DNA from: Biostraticola tofi
GTDB taxonomy: Bacteria; Pseudomonadota; Gammaproteobacteria; Enterobacterales; Enterobacteriaceae
Assembly: GCF_004343195.1 (NCBI RefSeq)
Contig: NZ_SMCR01000008.1
Location: 99,353 to 131,352 of the forward strand
DNA: 32,000 nt
Direction: 5' to 3'
The notes beneath the pieces were generated by a model that was not told the origin of the DNA, did no database searches, and was given only the letters and a program-made list of their open reading frames with translations. Position numbers and translations under genes: made by a program. This document shows positions 18,016 through 26,211 of this stretch, piece after piece (position 1 is the stretch's first letter; each line of letters begins with the position of its first letter).

Positions 18016-19503
18016 ATGACCATTATACAGACTCAGGCCGGCCGATTGGCAGGCATCGACCGACAGGGCATTAGCGAGTTTCTTAACGTGCCCTATGCCG
18101 CTCCCGTGGTTGCCGCCAACCGTTACCTGGCACCTGAACCGGTTATTCCCTGGTCAGGCATACGCGATGCCGGCACGCTGGGCAGCATCTGCCCGCAGAT
18201 CCCCACCTATGGGCCGGTAGGCCATGCCGCCACCTCTTCACTGGCCGCCGGCAGCGATTTCCGCACGCTGAATATCCGCACCCGGTCGATGACCGGGCAA
18301 GCGCCGGTACTGGTCTGGATCCACGGCGGCGGCTACGCGGTCGGTTCAGCCAATGAACCGGTGCTGCAAAGCGGCGCCTTTGCCGCCAGCGGCGTAGTGG
18401 AAGTGACGGTTAATTATCGTCTTGGTGCGCTGGGTTTCCTCCATCTGGAGGGTTATCCGGCTAATCGCGGCTTGCTGGACATCATCGCCGCCCTGGGATG
18501 GGTGCGGGATAATATCTCTGCCTTTGGCGGCGATCCCTCACGGGTGACGCTGGCCGGCCGCTCAGCCGGCGGTTTTGCCGTGGCGGCGCTAATGGCCATG
18601 CCCGCCGCTCGCGGTCTGTTTGCCCGTGCACTGCCGCAAAGCGGCGCCAGTACCGGCATCTCGACCCTTGACGACAGCCATCGACTGACCGAGCGGTTGT
18701 GCCAATGGCTGAATATCGATAAAACGGCGATTGTCGGCTTGCCGCTGGAGACCCTGCTGCAGGCGCAAAAGCATTTGTGCGATCAATCTTATACCGAACA
18801 TGATTTTGCCCGGGATGGCAATGTGGCGATGTTGGGCGTGCCGTTCGTGCCGGTTATCGATGGTCACACGCTGCCGGAACATCCGGAGCAGGCCGCCCAA
18901 GCAGGCCGGCTGGCGCCGGTGCCGATGATGATCGGCTGTACCAGCAGTGAATACCTGACCCATGCCACCGCTCAGCCTGAGATGGATGATGCCATGGCCG
19001 CCCGACTGCTGGATGAGCGGGTTCGTCCGCTGGGGCTAAGCGGCAGTGAGATAGTAGCGCGTTATCGGCAGGTGCTGCCGACCCATTCGGCCCGCGGCAT
19101 CTGGCGGGCGGTCGGCGGCGATCTGGTGTTTCAGAATCCGGCCAGCCGCTTGGCCCGGCTTCACGCTGAATTTCAACCGGTGTGGAAATATCTGTATGGC
19201 TCAATAGACGCCGACGAACTGGGCGCCGCTCACGGCACCGAACTGGGCCATGTCTGGTACCGCGAAGGCAGCGATATCAGCCAATTGCCGGCGCGTCAGG
19301 CAATAACGGATCTGCAGTTGGCCAGGGAGATCCATCAGCTCTGGGTGACGTTTATACGCGATGAATCACCTGCTCCGCCACACGGCATGGTATGGCCACG
19401 TTATAACACCCACTCGCCGCTGTTGTTGCACCTGGTTACCGGCGGCGTATTCGAGGTCTGCGCGGACCCTTTTTTCCCCCGGCTCGCATTGTGGCGGCGG
19501 TAG
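18016..19503 (+). CDS. Type-B carboxylesterase/lipase family (para-nitrobenzyl-esterase-like)
   Basis: Oxyanion-hole VWIHGGGY. Nucleophile elbow G-R-S-A-G (18556-18570). Acid in CTSSEY. His in GAAHGTEL. I prefer ATG 18016 (MTIIQTQAGRLAG..., GGGAG Shine-Dalgarno 5 nt upstream) over the ORF-track GTG 17983. Confidence 0.88.
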   Translation: MTIIQTQAGRLAGIDRQGISEFLNVPYAAPVVAANRYLAPEPVIPWSGIRDAGTLGSICPQIPTYGPVGHAATSSLAAGSDFRTLNIRTRSMTGQAPVLVWIHGGGYAVGSANEPVLQSGAFAASGVVEVTVNYRLGALGFLHLEGYPANRGLLDIIAALGWVRDNISAFGGDPSRVTLAGRSAGGFAVAALMAMPAARGLFARALPQSGASTGISTLDDSHRLTERLCQWLNIDKTAIVGLPLETLLQAQKHLCDQSYTEHDFARDGNVAMLGVPFVPVIDGHTLPEHPEQAAQAGRLAPVPMMIGCTSSEYLTHATAQPEMDDAMAARLLDERVRPLGLSGSEIVARYRQVLPTHSARGIWRAVGGDLVFQNPASRLARLHAEFQPVWKYLYGSIDADELGAAHGTELGHVWYREGSDISQLPARQAITDLQLAREIHQLWVTFIRDESPAPPHGMVWPRYNTHSPLLLHLVTGGVFEVCADPFFPRLALWRR

Positions 19504-20202
19504 ATGTTCATTGCGTAGAATGGCAACAACGGCTTTCAATTTAGCAGAGGCCGTTGTGGTTTGAGGATAAACTGAAATGAATATGGCAATAAAAATGTGA
19601 GTAATTCCAATAGAGGGTTAATGGTTATACTACTTTGAATCACAGACACTGAACGTTCAACACAGCGTGATTTTCTTGGCATATCCCTATTACTGAATGC
19701 CCAGGGTATTACATTGGAAACGCATTGACTTTCACAGACTGCTTAGGCCCTAGTTAAGGCCGATAATTAAAAGGGCATTCAGAATTGCAGTGCAGTGGTT
19801 CAGTTATGATTACAAATTATCAAACCTAATCGAAGGGGGTCAATAATTGACGGCACCTTGATATGGGCGGAACTGATGCGCGCCTAATATTTTAAATCAT
19901 ATAACTATAACCTTAATTAATTCTTTACTGAAGGTAATAAATTAGCCTTTGCTATTATTCAACTAAGATAATCCATTTATATTTGTTGTAAAATTCAGCA
20001 CCAATAATAATATATGCCCTGCTTTTAACAGCAGCTTACACCACACTCATTCTAAAACGGATAATTGTGTTTATAAGGCAAGCGAATAAAGTTTTGTGCT
20101 TATGTCGATTCAAAAATCTTAAGTTATAAAATCTTAAGGTTAAAGAAGTCATGACCAAACTATTCTTTATGAAAATGAAATTTCCACTAATGGAGCTTTG
20201 AA

Positions 20203-20919
20203 ATGAAGTTGAAATTTTTAGCGTTGGCCGTTGTCTCATTGGCCAGCTTCAACGCCTTGGCGGTTACCATCGATTATCGACATGAAGTGCAGGACACTGC
20301 ATCAAATAGCCAGAAAGACCGTTTATTATTCTCACACCGTTTTGCCAATGGCTTTGGGCTATCTACTGAGGTCAAATGGCAAAACGGCGAAAGTGATGCC
20401 GACACCGATAAAATATACAATGAGAATGTCAGCAATGGCTTTGAAGCAACGCCAAGTTATTTATATAAGTTCAATAGCGTGCTTGCTGTTGAGGCCGGAT
20501 TGAATCTAGCATCCGATTCCAGTTATACAAATTATCGACCTTATATTCGCGGTAATATCCAGATAGCTAAACCGCTGCTGTTTCAGTTGCGTTATCGTCC
20601 ATGGTACAAACGTTACAGCACAAACATAGGTACAAGCAAAGAAACCTCAGAGAATGGCTATTCGATTACTGTCGACTTGACTTATAAATTCCTTGATAAG
20701 TATTCTTTGATTTGGGAAGAGGAATATAATAAAACCAACTCCGCTTACTACTCACCTATAGAGAACAATAACAGCTATCAATGGACCCATGATTTAAAAT
20801 TGGCTTATGCATGGGATAAAAACTGGTCCCCTTATATTCAAGTCGGCAATGTCACCGGCAGCAAATACACTAACGAACGTCAAACTCGTTATCGTGTTGG
20901 TGTTGCATACAGCTTCTGA
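20203..20919 (+). CDS. kdgM: KdgM-family outer-membrane porin (oligogalacturonate/NanC-type 12-strand barrel)
   Basis: Signal peptide MKLKFLALAVVSLASFNALA/VTIDYRHE. The VTIDYRHE start of the mature protein and the C-terminal RQTRYRVGVAYSF match E. coli KdgM as I recall it. GGAG sits 7 nt before the ATG. The gene is visibly more AT-rich than its neighbours. The specific paralogue (kdgM, kdgN or nanC) is not resolvable. Confidence 0.85.
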   Translation: MKLKFLALAVVSLASFNALAVTIDYRHEVQDTASNSQKDRLLFSHRFANGFGLSTEVKWQNGESDADTDKIYNENVSNGFEATPSYLYKFNSVLAVEAGLNLASDSSYTNYRPYIRGNIQIAKPLLFQLRYRPWYKRYSTNIGTSKETSENGYSITVDLTYKFLDKYSLIWEEEYNKTNSAYYSPIENNNSYQWTHDLKLAYAWDKNWSPYIQVGNVTGSKYTNERQTRYRVGVAYSF

Positions 20920-21021
20920 AGATATCATCTACCCCATGGCATATCAGGCGAGGCTTATGGCTGAACCTGTGTCTGCCAAGGGATGAATTTTACTCCATCG
21001 AATAATACCTACCTTAAGCCC

Positions 21022-21058
21022 AAAAAAAACGGCAAGTCTGAGTGACTTGCCGTTTTTT
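21022..21058. terminator. Bidirectional rho-independent terminator between the porin gene and the tRNA operon
   Basis: AAAAAAAA-ACGGCAAGTC-tgagt-GACTTGCCGT-TTTTTT. A perfect 10-bp stem and 5-nt loop, with an A-tract on one side and a T-tract on the other. It is therefore functional-looking on both strands. Confidence 0.8.
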
Positions 21059-21105
21059 CTTTCTGGCCTGGTCTGCATATCTCTAGACAAAGCCCTTGGG
21101 GAATG

Positions 21106-21182
21106 TGGTCGGCGAGAGAGGATTCGAACCTCCGACCCACTGGTCCCAAACCAGTTGCGCTACCAAGCTGCGCTACTCGCCG
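21106..21182 (-). tRNA. proM: tRNA-Pro (UGG)
   Basis: The reverse complement reads CGGCGAGTAGCGCAGCTTGGTAGCGCAACTGGTTTGGGACCAGTGGGTCGGAGGTTCGAATCCTCTCTCGCCGACCA. This is identical to my recollection of E. coli proM. Anticodon loop TTTGGGA. Confidence 0.97.
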
Positions 21183-21249
21183 TTTTACTGCTGTCTGACG
21201 TCTACAACGCCAGGTACTGCCGTGGTCAACTTCAACCGTTCAAAAGGTG

Positions 21250-21336
21250 TGGTGCGAAGAGAGGGACTTGAACCCTCACGTCCGTTAAGACACTAACACC
21301 TGAAGCTAGCGCGTCTACCAATTCCGCCACCTTCGC
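21250..21336 (-). tRNA. leuT: tRNA-Leu (CAG)
   Basis: 87 nt. GCGAAGGTGGCGGAATTGGTAGACGCGCTAGCTTCAGGTGTTAG... with a long variable arm and encoded CCA. Anticodon loop TTCAGGT. Confidence 0.96.
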
Positions 21337-21350
21337 ATGCCCACTAATTT

Positions 21351-21427
21351 TGGGGTGACTGATGGGACTCGAACCCACGACAACTGGAATCACAATCCAG
21401 GGCTCTACCAACTGAGCTACAATCACC
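21351..21427 (-). tRNA. hisR: tRNA-His (GUG) with encoded G-1
   Basis: G-GTGATTG-TA-GCTCAGTTGGTAGAGC-C-CTGGATTGTGATTCCAG-...-CAGTCAC-C-CCA. The acceptor stem pairs (one G-U), the extra 5' G is opposite C73, and the anticodon is GTG. Confidence 0.96.
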
Positions 21428-21489
21428 ACTGTTTTACTGCATTCGCAACGCGGCAAGTAAACTAACCACGGCTCAGCGCACTGATTAAA

Positions 21490-21566
<77 letters not shown>

Positions 21567-21587
21567 GTAGCGCCGTTGCGGGTGGGG

Positions 21588-21616
21588 ATAGTACGGATTT
21601 ACGGGCTGGCTGTCTA
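21588..21616 (-). promoter_or_regulatory. Candidate sigma-70 promoter of the argX-hisR-leuT-proM operon
   Basis: On the minus strand: TAGACA (21616-21611), a 17-nt spacer, then TACTAT (21593-21588). This is followed by a GC-rich discriminator CCCCACCCGC and preceded by the A/T-rich AAAACTGATAAAAAGCAC (UP-like). The layout is typical of stringently controlled tRNA promoters. Confidence 0.5.
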
Positions 21617-21749
21617 GTGCTTTTTATCAGTTTTGATGTCTTTACGGATCACTTGCTCAAATACTGCCCGGATAACCGTTTTTTTGTACTACAGCATCTC
21701 ATTTCCCAGCCAGAGTCAGCATTTTACCCGATCTGCCGGGCAAGGGACA

Positions 21750-22493
21750 CTATAACCGACCACTGTAATAGTAAGCCAGAAAACGCAGCAGTTTAAGCTG
21801 GCGGCCGATACGGGTCGGCTGGCTCAGCAACCGGTACAGCCACTCCAGCCCCAGGTTTTGCCAGACCTTGGGCGCACGCTTCACATGGCCGGTAAATACG
21901 TCATAAGTCCCGCCGACGCCCATATATAATGCGTCTGGGTAACACTGCCGACAGTCGCGCATGAAGATTTCCTGTTTCGGAGACCCCATTGCTACGGTCA
22001 CTATCGCCGCACCGCTGGAACGGATACGCCTGAAAACCGACTCGGTGTCGGCGGCAGTAAAATAACCGTCTTGAAAACCGACGATATTCACCCCCCAGCG
22101 GCTGCGCAATCGAGCCATGGTCTGGGACAGAATCTCCTGCCGCCCACCGACCAGGAACACCGGCGTGCCTTCGCGACCGGCACGCTCCATCAGCAATTCC
22201 CACAGATCGGCGCCGGCAATGCGTGAAACCCTGGCACCGGCATATTTGCGCCGGATGGATCGCACGATACTGATGCCATCGGCATATTTGTAATCCGCAT
22301 TATCCAGCAGCTGTTTCAGGGCGGCATTACTTTCCGCCTTCAGCACCTTTTCGGCATTCATCGCCACCAGCGTGCCGGTTTTCACACCGGCAGCACTGAA
22401 TAAGTAATCCAGAAATTGCCGGCTATCGCTAAAGCCCCAGATAGAAAAGCCGCGGATCTGGTAGTGGGGAATATCGTTATTATTATCCATCAT
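21750..22493 (-). CDS. wecG: UDP-N-acetyl-D-mannosaminuronic acid transferase (ECA biosynthesis)
   Basis: 247 aa. [47 protein letters not shown] and [30 protein letters not shown] match E. coli WecG (RffM). Confidence 0.95.
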   Translation of the reverse strand: MMDNNNDIPHYQIRGFSIWGFSDSRQFLDYLFSAAGVKTGTLVAMNAEKVLKAESNAALKQLLDNADYKYADGISIVRSIRRKYAGARVSRIAGADLWELLMERAGREGTPVFLVGGRQEILSQTMARLRSRWGVNIVGFQDGYFTAADTESVFRRIRSSGAAIVTVAMGSPKQEIFMRDCRQCYPDALYMGVGGTYDVFTGHVKRAPKVWQNLGLEWLYRLLSQPTRIGRQLKLLRFLAYYYSGRL

Positions 22494-23878
22494 TTATCCT
22501 GAAGGTTTATCGGTCCAACCATCGGGCCGGTGGCACCGTTAATTGAAAATCGACGAGGCAGGATTACGCCTGCCCGGTCAAGCAACCAGAACATCAGCTT
22601 GGCCAGCGACAGACAGATAATGAAAATCAAACAGAAAAAAACAATCCTGGATACGAAAGCATCCACGCCTTCCCGGGCCAGCACGATCATATTGAACACC
22701 GCGCCAAAACAGAATGCCTGCAGTACCGCCGAGCGATAACGGCAGGTGGCCGTCAGTCCGCGTTCATACAAGGTGTCAAAACCTTTGATGACCAGGCCGA
22801 CCGCAATCGCTCCAGGCAGAATAAATGTCACGCCGCCCATCACCACCAGCGAACCAATCAGCGTCGGCGATATCGCCAGCCCTGAATGGTTGTTAAGCAC
22901 TTCCCAGGTAAAATAGTTGGCGGAGTTCAGCACCAGGTCCGGTCGGTCGGGCCACAGCCAGGAAGGGATGAAAACATAGAAGTCGCGCGCAATCGGCGCC
23001 AGGCCCTGGAAATCGATTTTATCGTAGTTCTGCAGCAGCAGGGCCAGATTTTCCCAAGGCGAAAAGGTATCCCGGGTCAGATAAAGAAAGGTATAAAAGG
23101 CTTCATCGCCGCTGACATTCATGCCATAGCGCTTGAGGGCCAGCCAGAACATGCCGCCGATGGCGAACAGGCCCGCGCTGCCCAGCATCCACAGCGTAAT
23201 CCAGCCACGCTGGATACCGATAAACAAAAACAGCGCAAAGGCGATAATGATATTGGCCCGGGTACCGCCGACCACCATATAGGTAAAGGTGCCAAAGGCG
23301 ACGGTCGCCAGCAGGAACAGCAGCCAGTTACGCCGACCGGGGTGCAGGAAATACAGCACCAGCATCGCCGGGATAAAAAAATAGAAAAAGCGTTTGAGCG
23401 CTACGCCGGACACGTCGCTGGAGAAAATCTGGCTGTAGGTTTGCAGGCGAAACAGTAAAAAGCCGTTGTTGATGAAAAAGATGCCGACGGTGCCGATGGC
23501 GGTTATCGCCAGCAGGGCGCACAGTAAATGGGTCTCTACCCGGTTAACGCTTAACAATGGCCTGCGCTGGCGCTGGCGCTGGCGCTGGCGCAAGGAAAAT
23601 AGCCGGGTCTTGTAGCTGGCATAATAAATGGCATAAAAGCCGGTTGCCGCCAGCAGGGCCTCTAACAGGTTCTCTACCGGCACCACCTGGACATCGAAGC
23701 GGAACACCAATACGCAGGTAAGCGGAAAACCCAGGTAAAACGTCAGCAGATACAGCAGGGAAAAAAAAATATTGAAATTAAAGCGCACCCGGCGGAATTC
23801 TCGCCAGATAGTCGCCAGCACAAAGCCGGTGGCCAGTAGATAGACCACTAGCAAACCGCTGAACTGCGCCAGCGTCAT
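22490..23878 (-). CDS. wzyE: ECA polysaccharide chain polymerase
   Basis: 462 aa polytopic membrane protein. [57 protein letters not shown] and [20 protein letters not shown] match E. coli WzyE. 4-nt overlaps with both neighbours. Confidence 0.95.
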   Translation of the reverse strand: MTLAQFSGLLVVYLLATGFVLATIWREFRRVRFNFNIFFSLLYLLTFYLGFPLTCVLVFRFDVQVVPVENLLEALLAATGFYAIYYASYKTRLFSLRQRQRQRQRRPLLSVNRVETHLLCALLAITAIGTVGIFFINNGFLLFRLQTYSQIFSSDVSGVALKRFFYFFIPAMLVLYFLHPGRRNWLLFLLATVAFGTFTYMVVGGTRANIIIAFALFLFIGIQRGWITLWMLGSAGLFAIGGMFWLALKRYGMNVSGDEAFYTFLYLTRDTFSPWENLALLLQNYDKIDFQGLAPIARDFYVFIPSWLWPDRPDLVLNSANYFTWEVLNNHSGLAISPTLIGSLVVMGGVTFILPGAIAVGLVIKGFDTLYERGLTATCRYRSAVLQAFCFGAVFNMIVLAREGVDAFVSRIVFFCLIFIICLSLAKLMFWLLDRAGVILPRRFSINGATGPMVGPINLQDK

Positions 23879-24963
23879 GAGCCGTCTCCCGCCGCAATGG
23901 TCAGCGCGCGTAGCCAGCCCTGCAGATAGTTGGGATAAAAGAAGGCGATTTTGCCGGTATCAAGATCCTGCAGCTGGCGTCTGGCTGCCGCCAGCGCTGC
24001 ACGGTCCAGCGGATCGGTATCAAACATCACCGGCACCTGCTGCTGGGCCAGATCGTGCCAGAACGGATTCTGTCGGCTGAGTACCAAGGGCACGCCACAG
24101 CGGATAAGCAGGCTAAGGGTACCAATACCCTGCTGGCGATGGAAAATAAAATAGCCCAGCGAGCATCGGCGCAGCAATGCCAGGTAATCAGCGAAGGCCA
24201 GTTGTTCGGTCAGGATGTCTACCTGCCCTACCGGAAAATATGCCGCCGCCTGGGTGCGAACCTGCTCAATGTACTGCTGGTTGCCGCCGGGATAACCCAT
24301 CGGTACCACCAGCTTCACCTCAGTGCCGAACTGCTGATATATCGCCTTGAGCGCATCGCCGTGACGGTTAGCCGGGTCGCCGGAGTTACCCACCAGAATA
24401 ATCGGCATCGCGTCGTCCGCAGGCGGTTCCTGCGGCGGGTATTGCAAGTGGGCATCCATCCGGGTCGGAAAATAGAGCAGCGATGAAGCTACTGTGGGAT
24501 GTCGGCGGCGATACACGCTGCGATCGCCCTCGGTGGCAAATACATGGCCGACCTTCCCCTGAGCGCGACGGCGCAGCTGGTAAAACAGTCGATGCTTGAG
24601 GCGGGTGGACTCTTCATACAGATCCGCTCCCCAAATATGCCAGGCGACGCGTTCCGGTTCAAGTTTGCCGGTGAGCAGCCCCAGCCACAGGCCGGGGTTG
24701 AATTGTCCATGCAGGAAAAACCGCGCCGAAGGATCGGCCGCCGCCCGGCGAAACACCGCCCGCGCCAGGGACTTTTTATCGGTGAACCGCTCAATGGTCA
24801 ACCGTTCAAATGCGGCAAAAGGGCTGCTGTCGGCGGCCACGACCATAAAATGACGCGTCTGGTCGAGCGGACACACCGCTGCGAGCGTTTCATTGAAAAA
24901 TCGCAGCACCGTCAGATTGTGATGAGGGATATCCGATCCCAGGACATGAATCAATAGGGTCAT
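23875..24963 (-). CDS. wecF: TDP-N-acetylfucosamine:lipid II N-acetylfucosaminyltransferase
   Basis: From ATG 24963 the protein reads [24 protein letters not shown]..., matching the E. coli WecF N-terminus. This start forms an ATGA overlap with the wzxE stop (24960-24963). The ORF-track start at 25074 is a 37-codon over-extension. Confidence 0.94.
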   Translation of the reverse strand: MTLLIHVLGSDIPHHNLTVLRFFNETLAAVCPLDQTRHFMVVAADSSPFAAFERLTIERFTDKKSLARAVFRRAAADPSARFFLHGQFNPGLWLGLLTGKLEPERVAWHIWGADLYEESTRLKHRLFYQLRRRAQGKVGHVFATEGDRSVYRRRHPTVASSLLYFPTRMDAHLQYPPQEPPADDAMPIILVGNSGDPANRHGDALKAIYQQFGTEVKLVVPMGYPGGNQQYIEQVRTQAAAYFPVGQVDILTEQLAFADYLALLRRCSLGYFIFHRQQGIGTLSLLIRCGVPLVLSRQNPFWHDLAQQQVPVMFDTDPLDRAALAAARRQLQDLDTGKIAFFYPNYLQGWLRALTIAAGDGS

Positions 24964-26210
24964 TTTTTCCTGCTGTAAATAAAGAACGCGCCGCAGCAAA
25001 GTATGAAATAGACAATATAGGTTGCCATATATGCCTGGGTCGCACCAAGGGCCCCATGGCGCGGTATCAGCCACAGCGAAAAAAGGGTAAGCAGCAAGAA
25101 CTGACTGACCTCCGCCAACAGATAATAACGCAACGCGGCCTTGGCGATAACCAGATAACCAAACACATAGGCCCCTACTTTCAGTACATCGCCGGTCAGT
25201 TGCCAGATAAAAAGATCACGCATGGCGGTGAACTCGGCTGAAAACAGCAGCCGTATCGCCAGGTCCCGCAGCAGCCATACCACCAGACTGACCGCCGCCA
25301 CCGCCGGCAGCACAAACCGCAGTGAGCGGCCGATCTCACGCCGAATGGCCTGTTTTTCAGTCAGGCGAGACAGCGTCGGCAGTAAATAAACGGTAAAAGA
25401 AGCGGTAATAAACTGGAGGTAGGCGTCTGAGATGCTGCTGACTCCCTGCCAGATGCCTACCTCTGCCCAGCCGTATTGTCCGGCCAGCAGATTACGCATC
25501 ATGATGTAGGCTACCGGCAGCGTAATCGAGGTCATCAGCGCCATCAGGGTAAATTTACCCAACTGGCCCGCCAGGGCCGACTGCCAGCGCGGCAGCAGCC
25601 AGGCAAGCGGGACTTCGTCGCGCCGGGCGACGATTATCGCCGCCGGCAGCAGGCTGAGGGCCGGCACCAGCGCCAGGCCGGTCAGCGCCCCTGGATAACC
25701 GCCCAGGCGGTAGCACAGATAATAGGCGCCGGCGCCCAGCAGGCTGCCGCTACAAATCGCCAGCGCGTTGCCGGCCGCATCCCGGTACCCCTTAAGGATC
25801 GCCAGCATCAGGTTGGCATAGGCGATGCCCATCTGGATAAAGGCCACCATCCGCACCACATTCTGGTAACGATCGTGGCCGAACAGCGCCTGACTGATTG
25901 GCGCGGCCGCCAGCAGGAACACCACCGCCAGCAGACTGGAAAACCCGAGCACCATCGTCGATCCGGTGCCTAATACCGCTTTCAGTTGCTGGGGATCCTG
26001 ACGGGATTCGGCTACCAGCTTGGTGATGCCGTTGAATATACCGGCCCCGGCCAGTACGCCGAGCACGGTAATCAGCTGACGAAAATTGCCCGCCTGCCCG
26101 ACGCCGCTGGGGCCGAAGGCAACGGCCAGCAATTTGACCACCAGCAGCCCGACGGCGATTTTAATCAGCGTCGAACCGGCGGTCCAAACCGAAGCTTTAG
26201 CCAGCGACAT
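24960..26210 (-). CDS. wzxE: ECA lipid III flippase
   Basis: 416 aa, about 12 TM segments. [30 protein letters not shown]... matches E. coli WzxE. Conserved position between wecE and wecF. Confidence 0.94.
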   Translation of the reverse strand: MSLAKASVWTAGSTLIKIAVGLLVVKLLAVAFGPSGVGQAGNFRQLITVLGVLAGAGIFNGITKLVAESRQDPQQLKAVLGTGSTMVLGFSSLLAVVFLLAAAPISQALFGHDRYQNVVRMVAFIQMGIAYANLMLAILKGYRDAAGNALAICSGSLLGAGAYYLCYRLGGYPGALTGLALVPALSLLPAAIIVARRDEVPLAWLLPRWQSALAGQLGKFTLMALMTSITLPVAYIMMRNLLAGQYGWAEVGIWQGVSSISDAYLQFITASFTVYLLPTLSRLTEKQAIRREIGRSLRFVLPAVAAVSLVVWLLRDLAIRLLFSAEFTAMRDLFIWQLTGDVLKVGAYVFGYLVIAKAALRYYLLAEVSQFLLLTLFSLWLIPRHGALGATQAYMATYIVYFILCCGAFFIYSRKK

Positions 26211-26211
26211 G

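Noticed and set aside
19524-19559. Hairpin ACAACGGC-N16-GCCGTTGT after the carboxylesterase stop, as a terminator
   Set aside because: It has an 8-bp stem with a large 16-nt loop and no following U-tract. This is insufficient to call an intrinsic terminator.
20168-20186. KdgR-box-like sequence TATGAAAATGAAATTTCC upstream of the kdgM-family gene
   Set aside because: The TGAAA and TTTC half-sites are present. However, spacing and symmetry do not fit the KdgR consensus (TGAAA-N5-TTTCA type) as I recall it. A nearby TGTGC-N6-CGATT (20095-20110) is also too poor to call a CRP site.
20151-20201. 16-codon upstream ORF (MTKLFFMKMKFPLMEL) ending 1 nt before the porin ATG, as a possible leader peptide
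   Set aside because: It has no convincing Shine-Dalgarno. AT-rich sequence produces short ATG-to-stop ORFs by chance. It overlaps the porin RBS, but I have no conservation evidence.
19504-21105. tRNA-associated genomic island or prophage remnant next to tRNA-Pro
   Set aside because: There is no integrase, excisionase or transposase ORF. I found no partial copy of the tRNA-Pro 3' end (for example GGATTCGAACC) elsewhere in the window. Only the compositional anomaly remains, and it is reported as a finding.
21640-21749. Intrinsic terminator for wecG
   Set aside because: Only 3-4 bp stems (CGG-ataa-CCG followed by T7 on the wrong strand; CCCG-gcagat-CGGG on the minus strand) are present. None is convincing.
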